Assembly (NCBI RefSeq): GCF_001447785.1
Contig: NW_015167073.1
Location: forward strand, 308,692 to 372,691
Direction of reading: 5' to 3'
DNA: 64,000 nucleotides
Source of the DNA: Gekko japonicus
Taxonomy: Eukaryota
Below are positions 49,026 to 60,149 of this stretch, piece by piece. The position numbers and the translations under genes are program-made. Within the stretch, counting starts at the first letter, position 1, and the number at the start of each line of letters is the position of its first letter. Below the pieces are notes generated by a model. The model saw only the letters and a list, made by a program, of their open reading frames with translations, was not told where the DNA came from and did no database searches.

Positions 49026-49110
49026 GTAAAACTATTATAACCTTATCGACTGGTAGATACTCCCAGAAAACCTAGGCTAAACCTAAATTTTTGTACAATT
49101 TTCATACACT

Positions 49111-49498
49111 CAGGGGTCATTTCGTAGAAAAAGAGGTGCAGGAGCTCATTAGCATAACTTATTAACATAACTTATTTGCATATGCCACACCCCCTGACAT
49201 CACCAGGAGTGTGTCAGAAGGCAACACCCACTGCTCAGGCTCCACTGGACTGTTTTGGATTGCTAGCTATTGGGGGGGGGGGAGCGTGCAGATCGGCCCT
49301 GGCAGAGGAGGGAGAGCTTGTACCTGAAGCCGGACGGGGGGGGGAGGGCTCTGCAACTTACCTGGCTGCTTCTTGCTCCTCGTGGCCCAACTGAGGCCTG
49401 CTGGGAGCAGGGGGTGGGGCTTGTTGCATGTGCCCGCCCCCTGAGCTCCTTACTGCCGGAGCTCCGCTCCTGTGCGCTCCTGCAGGAAATGATCCCTG
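49111..49498. mobile_element. hAT MITE
   Basis: TIR CAGGGGTCATTTC / GAAATGATCCCTG; TSD CATACACT/CATACACC. Confidence 0.75.
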
Positions 49499-50159
49499 CA
49501 TACACCCACATAACAACTCATATTGACACATGTTTGCAATAACCTTACCATTTTAATCAGATTCTATAATTATTTCTACATAGAAGAACTTCATTGTGTC
49601 TCAGAAAATGAATAACTGGCTTCCAGATTTCATCATAATCACAGGGTGAAAAAGACAACAAATAAATAATTGTTTTCTGTTTTCCCCTTGTATGTATGAT
49701 CTGCTCTACTTTAGGCCTGGACACATTTTCTTTGGATCTTGGAGCCTGCCCAAAAATTTAGGGCTCAGATTCATTTTTCAGCCTTTAAGGTTCCATGTTT
49801 TAAACACCACATTTTCCAATTATTGCTACCACAAAACATAATCCTAATCTCTTTTCCCAGTTTCTCATGTTGCACACACATTTCAGGGAAGGTACTGTCT
49901 TAGAAGAGGGTATTCCCTCCTGGACAAGAAAGAATATTCTTCTTCGACAATAGTACCTACCATCAGTTGTAAACACATTTTAATAATCTGCTGCCAAATT
50001 AATCAGGGGCACCTTTCAAACTGACCTAAAGCTTTTAATTGGTTCTTCTAAACAATGCAGAAGCGATTAAACACTGCAAATCTACTCAGAGATACAATTA
50101 CCATTGTGATGGCAGCTTTCACATTATTAGAAATACAGTGTGCCAAAAAAAGAAGAAGA

Positions 50160-50327
50160 AGATGGGGACAGCAAAGGATGAGATGGTTAGACAGTGTCAT
50201 AGATGCAACGAACATGAAATTGAGCCAACTTCAGAGGACGGCGGAAGACAGGAAGGCCTGGCGTGATCTGGTCCATGGGGTCGCGAAGAGTCGGACTCGA
50301 CTGTGCGACTGAACAACAACAACAACA
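50160..50327 (+). mobile_element. BovB 3' end fragment
   Basis: QRMRWLDSV...VHGVAKSRTRLCD plus (CAA)n. Confidence 0.88.
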
Positions 50328-50487
50328 CCAGCAGATAGGACAACTTTGTAAATATGATGGACATTTTGTTGGAGTGAGCAACTCAGCATGCCTGGACATT
50401 GGTGGATGCTACATCACCCTAAATGTGTGTAGGTGTTACCTCCTTGAATTAGATGCTTCTCTTTGCCTTAACCTGGTAGCTGCCCTC

Positions 50488-51183
50488 TGTCCCGGTTCTG
50501 GGATCCCGGGACTTAACCCACACCCCCCAGGGACCCCAACGACCACCAACTCACCCAGCAGACCCGTGGACCGAGAGGACCTCACAACGCCGGACCCCGT
50601 CAGCGCAGCCGAGGCACAACGGTCCGGTCCAGCCCTACCGCGAAGCAAAGAGTCCCCATGAGCAGCAGGAGAGGCCGACGATGCCAGGAATAGGCTGACG
50701 GCGAACCTACAAATGCCCGAGACCCTGCACGCCGCTGGTGGTGGCGTGGCCCCAGGCCTACAGGACCACCGCCGGCATAGCTCCGACCACACCCAGGCCG
50801 TAGGGATGTGTCGGAGCTTATTACGGGGTGCGGGGCTGGGAGGAATGAGAGGGAGGCGGGGACGGGAGACGGTGCTGGGAGAGGGAGCTGGGTATAAAGG
50901 AGAGGGAAGCGAAGGGGCCGGGGAGGAAGGACGTGCTCAGAACTACCTGACGCTGGCAAAGAGAGAAGGAGTCTAGGGAGGACGCTGAGAGGCTGGGGAG
51001 CCAATGCACGAAGGTAGAGGGGCTTACAGAGTGCCAACAAACTCTGTCCCCCTACCCATCTGAGGCCCCAACGCCCCCCCTCTTCTTTATAGGCCTCAAC
51101 TTCCAGGGCCGTCGGACACCCTCCATCTTTTATGGTCACGGCCATGGGAGGGTCTATGCCTGGAACCCAGGGCTGGCTTGACA
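50488..51183. mobile_element. Solo LTR (696 bp, GC-rich)
   Basis: TGTC...GACA termini; perfect 5-bp TSD CCCTC (50483-50487 and 51184-51188); TATAAA-like box on the minus strand near 51087. Confidence 0.8.
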
Positions 51184-51193
51184 CCCTCTGACC

Positions 51194-51228
<35 letters not shown>

Positions 51229-51259
51229 CTCTCACTCTCCCTTCACATAGTGTTCCATG

Positions 51260-51549
51260 GAAGAAGAAGAGAAGAGAAGAAGAGATTGGATTTATACCCC
51301 GCCCTTCACTTGGAGTCTCAGAGGGGCTTACAAACTCCTTTCCCTTCCCCTCTCCACAACAGACACCCTGTGAGGTGGGTGGGGCTGAGAGAGCTCTTGA
51401 CAGAAGCTGCTCTTTTCAAGGAAACCTGTGCCAGAGCTTGTGACTGACCCAAGGTCACATCAGCAGGTGCAAGTGGAGGAGTGGGGAATCAAACCCGGTT
51501 CTCCCAGATTAGAGTCCACGCACTTAACCACTACACCAAACTGGCTCTC
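51260..51549 (-). mobile_element. Squam3-like SINE
   Basis: Full copy. Confidence 0.85.
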
Positions 51550-51671
51550 TGCAGTTTGTCCCTGCAGGTCCCTTCAGGTCTCTCCTGTAGAGACAGTGCC
51601 CTCATACTCCCACACATATCATGCCGGATTAGCTGGCCATTTGTGATAGGGAAAGTACTATTTGGATTAGA

Positions 51672-51762
<91 letters not shown>
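51672..51762. repeat. (TTTC)n microsatellite
   Basis: Direct read. Confidence 0.95.
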
Positions 51763-51768
51763 AATAAA

Positions 51769-52731
51769 ATCCAATAAAATCACAAATCACAACCAATAAT
51801 ATCCTATTAAGAATAAAGTGCTTTAAATTTCCAAGATGGTCTAAGTTATTACTATCGTCCAATAAGTAGTCCGAGCCAGTCAGCTAGTCTTGCTGCCCTG
51901 TGGTTCACATGGCTGCCGGGATGTCGCGGATACTTCCGAGATCTGATGAAATCCAGCTTAGCTTCCGAGATCTCATGAAATCCAGCTTAGCTTCTGAGAT
52001 CTGATGAAATCCAGCTCGCCTGGGCTATCCAGGTCAGGGTACTTCTCTCTCTCCTTTTGTCTGAAGCCTGAATGTGAACTGGATCTACCTGAATAAATGT
52101 AAGTCTGTCTTTTTTGCAATATACTTCTTGGAAGCTTTATTTACTGCACTCGGTATCACACTTCTAGGACTGGGGGTAAACTCTGTTATATTAACCAAGT
52201 ATCCCAAGTATCCCTGCTCATTTTATTTATTTATTTATTTTAGGTACTTTTACCCCGCCCTCCCTGCAAGCGGGCTCAGGGCGGCTTACAGGGGCATAAG
52301 CCCATACATAAAAACAATAACATCCAATAAAATCACAAATCACAACCAATAATATCCTATTAAGAATAAAGTGCTTTACATTTCCAAGATGGTCTAAGTT
52401 ATTACTATCGTCCAATAAGTAGTCCGAGCCAGTCAGCTGGTCTTGCTGCCGTGTGGTTCACATGGCTGCCGGGTTGTCGCGGATACTTCCGAGATCTGAT
52501 GAAATCCAGCTTAGCTTCTGAGATCTGATGAAATCCAGCTCGCCTGGGCTATCCAGGTCAGGGTACTTCTCTCTCTCCTTTTGTCTGAAGCCTGAATGTG
52601 AACTGGATCTACCTGAATAAATGTAAGTCTGTCTTTTTTGCAATATACTTCTTGGAAGCTTTATTTACTGCACTCAGTATCACACTTCTAGGACTGGGGG
52701 TAAACTCTGTTATATTAACCAAGTATCCCAA
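51769..52731. repeat. Near-identical direct duplication (about 440 and 410 bp units)
   Basis: 51769-52207 is repeated at 52322-52731; an internal 28-bp unit occurs 3 times versus 2 times. Confidence 0.9.
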
Positions 52732-52998
52732 TACATTTTACTACCACAACAGCCATATGTTCAAAGCTCTGGGGAAAGTTCTTTAGCTTACACTGGCAAC
52801 ATGATGCCAAGAACGAATGGGGAAAGTGTATTAATATGAAGACAGCACCATCTTAAAGACCACAGAGTGGATTTCATGGATGAGCACAGACATGCTCTCA
52901 CACGTCCAAACCCAACGATGAAGCCATTCTGGAAAAGTATTCATAGTAGGTATCCGCAGTACCCAAATGAAACCAGTCCATGACCAGCAAGCGATACA

Positions 52999-53943
52999 TC
53001 AGTATTTTTGTTCCAGACCTTTTCTTTTCAACATCTTAGTTGCCGCTCTGTGGATATCCTTGTTCCGCAGAGTATAAATGATCGGGTTGAGGAGAGGGGT
53101 GACCACCACATAGAATACAGCTGTTTGCTTATCACGGTCAGGGGTTGTGCCCGACCTGGGTTTCATGTACATGGAAATGACGGTGCCGTAGAACATGGTG
53201 ACGACTGCCAAGTGGGAGGCGCAGGTGGAGAAAGCCTTGTGGCGTCCTGAGGCAGACTGTGCTCGTATCACGGAGGACAGGATGAGTCCGTAAGAAGTCA
53301 AGATAACAGACAGGGGGATCAGGAGAGCCAGCACGGCCGCCACAAACAGGATGGCTTCTGTGATGTGAATGTCACCGCAAGCAAGTTTCATCACCACCGG
53401 CAGCTCACAGAAAAAGTGGTTGAGATGGTTGGGGCCACAGAAGGGGAAACGCAATGTGCACATCACATTTATCACCGCGAGGGAAAACCCTCCTGCCCAG
53501 GAAGCTGAGGCAAGGTGCAACTGGCGCCACCTGCCCATAGCAACGGCATATACCAGGGGGCGGCAGATGGCCAAGTAGCGGTCGTAGGCCATGACCCCCA
53601 GCAGAAGGCATTCGGTGCCACCTAGGGACAAAACAATGTACATCTGGATGATGCAACGAGTGAAGGAGATGGCTCCGTTTCCGGACAGGAGGTGAGCCAG
53701 CATCTGGGGCAAGGTGCTGGTGACATAACAGATCTCGAGTCCCGAGAGGTGCGTCAAGAAGAAGTACATGGGGGTGTGGAGGTGGGAGTCTGCCCGCACC
53801 AAGATGATGATCACCAGATTCCCCACAAGAGTAAGTGAATATATGAGGAGAATTATGAAAAAAAGCACAATCTGTGTCTTCCTGTGGTCGGTGAGTCCCA
53901 GTAAGATGAATTCTGTCACGGAAGTGAGGTTCTCGGTTCTCAT
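52999..53943 (-). CDS. Olfactory receptor (class II), OR-4, 314 aa, intact
   Basis: True start ATG at 53943 (MRTENLT) follows an acceptor at 53958; canonical OR motifs. Confidence 0.96.
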   Translation of the reverse strand: MRTENLTSVTEFILLGLTDHRKTQIVLFFIILLIYSLTLVGNLVIIILVRADSHLHTPMYFFLTHLSGLEICYVTSTLPQMLAHLLSGNGAISFTRCIIQMYIVLSLGGTECLLLGVMAYDRYLAICRPLVYAVAMGRWRQLHLASASWAGGFSLAVINVMCTLRFPFCGPNHLNHFFCELPVVMKLACGDIHITEAILFVAAVLALLIPLSVILTSYGLILSSVIRAQSASGRHKAFSTCASHLAVVTMFYGTVISMYMKPRSGTTPDRDKQTAVFYVVVTPLLNPIIYTLRNKDIHRAATKMLKRKGLEQKY

Positions 53944-54033
53944 CCTGGTGCCCTGGCCTGCAATGGAAGGGACATTTATGGAGAACATAAGAACGTAAGA
54001 GCCCTGCTGGATCAGACCAGTGGTCCGCCTATT

Positions 54034-54677
54034 NNNNNNNNNNNNNNNNNNNNNNNNNNNNNNNNNNNNNNNNNNNNNNNNNNNNNNNNNNNNNNNNNNN
54101 NNNNNNNNNNNNNNNNNNNNNNNNNNNNNNNNNNNNNNNNNNNNNNNNNNNNNNNNNNNNNNNNNNNNNNNNNNNNNNNNNNNNNNNNNNNNNNNNNNNN
54201 NNNNNNNNNNNNNNNNNNNNNNNNNNNNNNNNNNNNNNNNNNNNNNNNNNNNNNNNNNNNNNNNNNNNNNNNNNNNNNNNNNNNNNNNNNNNNNNNNNNN
54301 NNNNNNNNNNNNNNNNNNNNNNNNNNNNNNNNNNNNNNNNNNNNNNNNNNNNNNNNNNNNNNNNNNNNNNNNNNNNNNNNNNNNNNNNNNNNNNNNNNNN
54401 NNNNNNNNNNNNNNNNNNNNNNNNNNNNNNNNNNNNNNNNNNNNNNNNNNNNNNNNNNNNNNNNNNNNNNNNNNNNNNNNNNNNNNNNNNNNNNNNNNNN
54501 NNNNNNNNNNNNNNNNNNNNNNNNNNNNNNNNNNNNNNNNNNNNNNNNNNNNNNNNNNNNNNNNNNNNNNNNNNNNNNNNNNNNNNNNNNNNNNNNNNNN
54601 NNNNNNNNNNNNNNNNNNNNNNNNNNNNNNNNNNNNNNNNNNNNNNNNNNNNNNNNNNNNNNNNNNNNNNNNNNNNN
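54034..54677. other. Assembly gap (N run)
   Basis: 644 N. Confidence 1.
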
Positions 54678-54781
54678 ATTACAGCAAGAAAATAATTGGA
54701 AACATTGGAAGAGTACAATTGATAAATATAACATGACAGTCCCGGCTATTAACTATTCTTGCTATGTTAACTCTATGTGGA

Positions 54782-54839
54782 CATCGTCGTCGTCGTCATC
54801 GTCGTCGTCGTCGTCATCATCATCATCATCATCATCATC
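54782..54839. repeat. Compound (GTC)n(ATC)n microsatellite
   Basis: Direct read; probably a retroelement tail. Confidence 0.85.
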
Positions 54840-55104
54840 TTTATTGTCATTGTACATAGTACAGCGAAATTAAGATGCAATCATTTGGTGATCTACAACC
54901 ATATTCATATACACTCACACAACCATTCACAACCATCCCATAACTCCTTTAAGGTTCACATTGCAACTTAAACCACCAATGTCACCCAAATTCCAATTCA
55001 TACAGCATTTAAAGCAATAATAGTCTTAGTGCGCCATGTTGAGGTTTAGTGTGATAGAGACCGAACGTTTCTGATATGCTAATTTGAGGATTGGGGTTTG
55101 TGGC

Positions 55105-55380
55105 ATTTTACAGGAACAACCACCTGTGATAACTGGGATTTGAGGGAAGTATTTCATGCTCTGTCATATATTTTATAACTGGTGCCCATAGCCTTGAGAA
55201 CTTCGTGTGTGGTGTGATATTTGATGGCAGAGACCTTTGGTTTAAATCTGCTATTTTGGCCATGACAAACTGTTCCCAGAGCTTGTCATGCCATACCGTA
55301 AGCGTTGGTGGGGTGGGAGATTTCCAAGCGGCGGCTATTGTTAACCTGGCTGTTGCAAGTAATATTGACGTAAGGACCCT
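55105..55380 (-). mobile_element. L1/Tx1-like ORF2 C-terminal remnant
   Basis: ILLATARLTIAAAWKSPTPPTLTVW resembles the C-terminus of non-mammalian L1. Confidence 0.6.
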
Positions 55381-56480
55381 CTTTTTTGAGACGCAGTGGC
55401 CAGAACTGTGCATAGTATTCCAAATGAGGCAGCACCATAGATCTATACAGGGGCATTGTAATATTGACTGTTTTATTTTCAATCCCTTTTGTAATAATCC
55501 ACAGTACAGAGTTTGCCTTTTTTTCTCTGCTGTAGCACACTGGGTTGACATGTTCATTGAGCTATTCACCATGACCTGCCATGACCCTTTCCCCCCTCGG
55601 TCTCAGCACATCCAGACCGAGTAGCATGTCCATGAAGTTGGGATTTGTTTGTGCATCGCCTTCCTCTTATGTACATTGAACTTAATTTGCCACTTCCTTG
55701 CCCACTGCCCTAATTTGTAGAGATCCTCCTGGGGCCCTTCGCAGTCATCCTTGCTTTTCACAGTCCTGAATCATTTGGTGTCATCTGCAAACTTAGCCAC
55801 TACACTGTCCACCACCAGTTCCAGATAATCTATGAACAAATTAAATAGCACTGGACCCAATACAGATCCTGTTACTACCAGCCATTGACAGAACTGCCAA
55901 CTTATTCCTACTCTCGGCTTCCTTTTGTTTCACCGGTTTTAATCCATAAAAGGACCTGTTCTCTTAACCCATAACTGCTAAACCCAATCCGGAGTCTTTA
56001 GTATGGTACTTTGTTGAAAACCTTTTGAAAGTGCAAGTCTTTCAGGCCACCGTTACCTACATGCTTGTTCACTTTTTCAAAGAACTCCAAATAGTTAGTG
56101 ACGCAGGACTTCCCTTTGCAGAAGCCATGCTGATTTCCCCTCAGCATACATTGGTCCTCTGTGTGCCTAATGATTCTCTCTCTGAGTACAGTTTCTACTA
56201 ATATGACTTGTGAGAGAGGCTAAAGAACCTGTAATTTCCTGGTTCCCCTCGGGACCTTTCTAAAAATCAGTGCAATATTTGCTACTGTCCGGTCCTCTGG
56301 TACAGTGCCTGTTTGTAGTAACAAGTACCGATACTGGTAACTAGGTCAATAATTTCTCATTTGAGTTTTCTAAGAATCCTTGGATGCCACTAGGACCTCG
56401 AAACTTACTGGTTTTTTAAATTAGTCCAATGGTCCTAGAACTTCATCTTGGCACCACAATTTGACTCAGTTCACCACGGT
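55381..56480 (-). mobile_element. CR1 LINE fragment (degenerate RT)
   Basis: KKANSVLWII..PLYRSMVLPHLEYYAQFW; GTGTCATCTGCAAA encodes FADD on the minus strand. Confidence 0.8.
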
Positions 56481-56684
56481 CTCAAAAAGATGCCTTTAAT
56501 TCTTCCGACTCGAGATGGCAGGGAGCTTCTCCATGCAAAGCACCTACTCTTGACAGTAGCTTGGTTCCTAACCAGATTTAACATACTCCTCCAAGCAACC
56601 CGTCAGTTCCTCTTAGGTGGCAGTCAATGGAACCCGGTTTGTTCAAATCCCTCTCCATCCCGGTTAGCACAAGAGTTTCATTAT

Positions 56685-57200
56685 CTTACCTTTCTTCTTC
56701 TGACGAGATGGCAGAGACCTTAGGCACCTGCACTCTACTTTTAAGCCTTAGTTTCTCACCAGCTTTAATATGCTGCCTCCAAGCAGTGTTTAAACCCTTC
56801 TAAGGTGATGGTCAACGTAATCTGCTTTGTTCGAATCCTGAAGTATTCTGATTGGTACTGAAGTAACTATATACAATCCCTTTGTTTCTCTGATTGTCAA
56901 ACACTTGAGGATTCAGTACAATTACGGACTGTGCACGTGGTCCACTAGGGTAGCTCCATTCCCTCTGGGTCATTAACAAAGGCACCAAGGGCGTCACGTA
57001 GACGGATGGAAATATTTCATAAGTTTGCATCTTTCCCACTGTTTTTATGATGCAAGCTTGCAAGTCCTCGTCAAGGCCTGTACAAAGGAATAAAAGGCAA
57101 AGAGGAATGTGCCATTAATTTAGTTTGTTTGTTATCTCGTCATAGCTCTAAGAAGCCATGAATGGTCTTTTAGTCTCATAACAAACCCCCTGAGATAGAG
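56685..57200 (-). promoter_or_regulatory. Paralogous upstream block of OR-4 (putative promoter and first exon)
   Basis: Homologous to the OR-3 and OR-2 blocks; donor AAG|GTAAGA (exon end 56690); CATTAATT at 57113. Confidence 0.55.
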
Positions 57201-57302
57201 TAGTTGAAGGTGGGGCAGGGTATAAATCTAATTAAAAAAAAAAATTCCCATGCAGAAGGTCCCAGGTTCAATCCCTGGAATCTCCAGTTAAGGATCAGGT
57301 AG

Positions 57303-57755
57303 TGTTGGGTGATAGTGAGATATTGAAAAAATGGTATTTAGCAGAGATAAGATAGTCCAGCAGAGCCAGAGTAAAGTAATTCAGCCTCAGAGTCCATGTG
57401 TGATTAAAATATAATGTTTTTACTAAATTTTAGCATGGGAAGGGTAACTGGGATGAAAATAACAACAGAGCAAAATCTACTACATCCTTACTCTACAAAG
57501 ACAAAACTAGAAGAGAGTGAGTATGACTACTCTTCTTATTCTTCAGAACACCAAAGACGGGAAGAGAAGCCATAAAATGGTAATACACCTTGACACTTTA
57601 GTCCCAATCAAATCCCTAGATCAGGGAGAAAATTCCCGGGTATTCTACATCTAAAGAACATTGGTTACATGAGAAACATGGGACTTCCTGTGAATAACAT
57701 AAACAAACATTTAACCCTAGATATACTGAGTGTTTTCAACTTGTAATACCCAACA
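57303..57755. mobile_element. Solo LTR (453 bp)
   Basis: TGTTGGGT...ACCCAACA inverted termini; perfect 5-bp TSD GGTAG (57298-57302 and 57756-57760); interrupts a tRNA-SINE. Confidence 0.85.
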
Positions 57756-58399
57756 GGTAGTAGATAATGTGAAAGTGTCTGTTGTGGGAAGGGGAAGGGA
57801 AAGAAGATTGTAAACTGCTCTGAGAGTTCTTCGAGCATTGAAGGGCTGAGTATAAATCCAATCTCTTCTTCTCTCTCTATCTCTCTTTGCCCTCTCTTTT
57901 TTTTGGGGGGGGGTATTTGTGTGCATGTGTGTGCGCGCGCACGTGTGCCTAAAAGTCATGGTTCTGGTGACCCCTAGTGGCGCTTAGATGTTAGAGAAGT
58001 AGCTTGCTATTGTCTGCCTCCGCATTCTGGCCCTGGTATTCCTTGGAGGTCTCCCATCCAAGTACCCCGCTTGGCTTCCGAGATCTGATGAGATCAGGCT
58101 TTCCTGTGCTATCCAGGCCGGGGCTGCGTCTATCTCATTTTTATTCTCCGTTGTGAAGGCCTTTGGCCTTCCTGCGCCTCTGAACACACTTTGAATTTTG
58201 AGGACGGAGAGCGGTTGTCAGTCACCACACAATGGCCAATCAAAGTGAGTTGCTCGGCATCATGGAGAGGACTAGCAAGTTAAGGGTTATGAGTAAATTG
58301 AAGACGAATCCAAGGGATCCAACAGGCATGGAAAGACCTATCTATAATGATCAAGAGAGCTGTCCATCCATCTGTGACAAGCGTAACGCCTCCAAAAAT

Positions 58400-59035
58400 A
58401 AAGTTGTGCGTGTCAAAACTTGCTGCTGGTTCCAGGTGTCAAATGTGAAAGGGATCAGAACATTCTGGGCTTGACTCCTTCCCTGCAGATGTTTTTAGAA
58501 AGTGTCGTCCTAAATTCGGCTGATAGAAAAAAGCTTGAACCTGACCTCAAGATCAAGAAGCCTGTGAGATGCCACTGGGCCCCGAGGATGAGACCAAGAA
58601 GGAAGAGGCTTAAGATTGGCAGTGCTATCCCTTTGGAGATGGAGGAGGGTTGCAGAATTTTGAGTGAACGTCTAAGAAGCCATCAAGACTTTAGAGAGAA
58701 TTAGCATAGATGTAAAGGCGGAAGGACTCTGAAAATTGCTCTTACGAAGAGAGCTGGAGGAGATGCTCTGAAAACCTTCTCATAATAAGTAATAAACGAA
58801 CACATAAGCTTAGAAAGACAGGATCTCACAAAGTATATTGTTTGTTAACAGGGTTTTTTTTCATTACTAACTGCAGTTTAACAGGGTAATGATCTCCTAC
58901 TCTTGGGTTTTTAGTTTAGTGTGGGTTACTTTTCTTTCTCCTTAGTTGTAGTTCCCCTTCCCTTCTTTTCTTTTGTAGTTTATGTAGTATTATAAAAAAT
59001 AAAAAAAATCCCCTCTGGGGGTCTTTAAAAAAAAG
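58400..59035 (+). mobile_element. L1/Tx1-like 3' end with a CCCC..GGGG hairpin before poly(A)
   Basis: 3' end is similar to 20098-20235; T-rich UTR, AATAAA, A tail. Confidence 0.5.
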
Positions 59036-59756
59036 AGAACATTCTTGGCTACACAGTCCCTAAAAATCCCGAACCCCATTGTGTGTGTGTGTGTGTGTGT
59101 GTTTTCCCAATGGAAGCTATGGTTGTCTCTGACAGGCATAACTCATCCAAAAATAAAGCTAGGAGCCTCAAGATTGGCCACTGGCTTTTGGATGATTTGG
59201 CAGTTCCAGCGGCAAATACGAAAGGAATTGGAATAGCCTGTCCCATGCAATCTGCCACCACTCACAGTTTTGCAGTAGGAACTATGTGGCAGACAGAACT
59301 CATCTGAGAATACAGCTGGGGGGGATACAAAACTAAGCACCCATTTCAGACAATGGTGGCTCTGGCAGTGCCCAGAATCAAGGGGATTGTATCTCCCTGG
59401 CACAGATTTCCACCCCAACCACCCTCTGTTATTTCAGTGGAAGAAAAGGTTTGCTCACAGAAGCCAGCAAGAGCAGTCGGCACAAGCAGGGAGAGTGGGA
59501 AATATTCCCTCTCTGACAAAGCAAAGGGGGTTTAACTGTTTGCCTGACCTTTCAGAGCCTGTCTAGTACAGTGGTCAGAATGATGGAGGAAGGTCAAGGA
59601 GATCTAGATTCAACTCCCCCCCCCCCTTTCATTTAACGTTTCTGGCTGAATTTGGGCCAGTCAGACCTTTCAGATGGACCCCACCCTCACAGAGCTGTTG
59701 TGAATGCAAAATGGAGAAGAGGAGAGCTGCGAGAGGGTAGGGAGACACAGAAGGCT

Positions 59757-60010
59757 TTGTTGTTGTTGTTCAGTCGCACAGTTGAGTCCGACTCTTTGCG
59801 ACCCCATGGACCAGATCCCGCCAGGCCTTCCTGTCTTCCGCCATCCTCTGAAGTTGGCTCAACTTCATGTCCGTTGCATCTATGACACTGTCTAACCATC
59901 TCATCCTTTGCCATCCCCGTCTTCTTTGACCTTCAACCTTTCCCAGCATCAGGGCCTTCTCCAGTGAGTGCTCCCTTCTCATTTGATGGCCAAAGAATTT
60001 GAGCTTCAGT
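59757..60010 (-). mobile_element. BovB 3' end fragment
   Basis: EHSLEKALMLGKVEG...VAKSRTQLCD plus (CAA)n. Confidence 0.88.
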
Positions 60011-60149
60011 TCAGAAGGCTTAGGGGTGGCTATTTGTCCATCATGCTCTCAAGCTGTTCTCGCTGCAAGAACCAGATGGAGGCCACCAGGTGTAGCTGTA
60101 GCACTGCTTAATTCACAGTCCAATTCGGTTTACCGTCAGAATCTTCCAG

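Noticed and set aside
50436-51235. 118-211 aa ORFs
   Set aside because: Lie in the GC-rich solo LTR and a (CT)n tract; expected by chance.
51930-52020. CRISPR-like short repeats (28 bp)
   Set aside because: Contiguous tandem units without spacers, inside a SINE remnant of a vertebrate genome; no cas genes.
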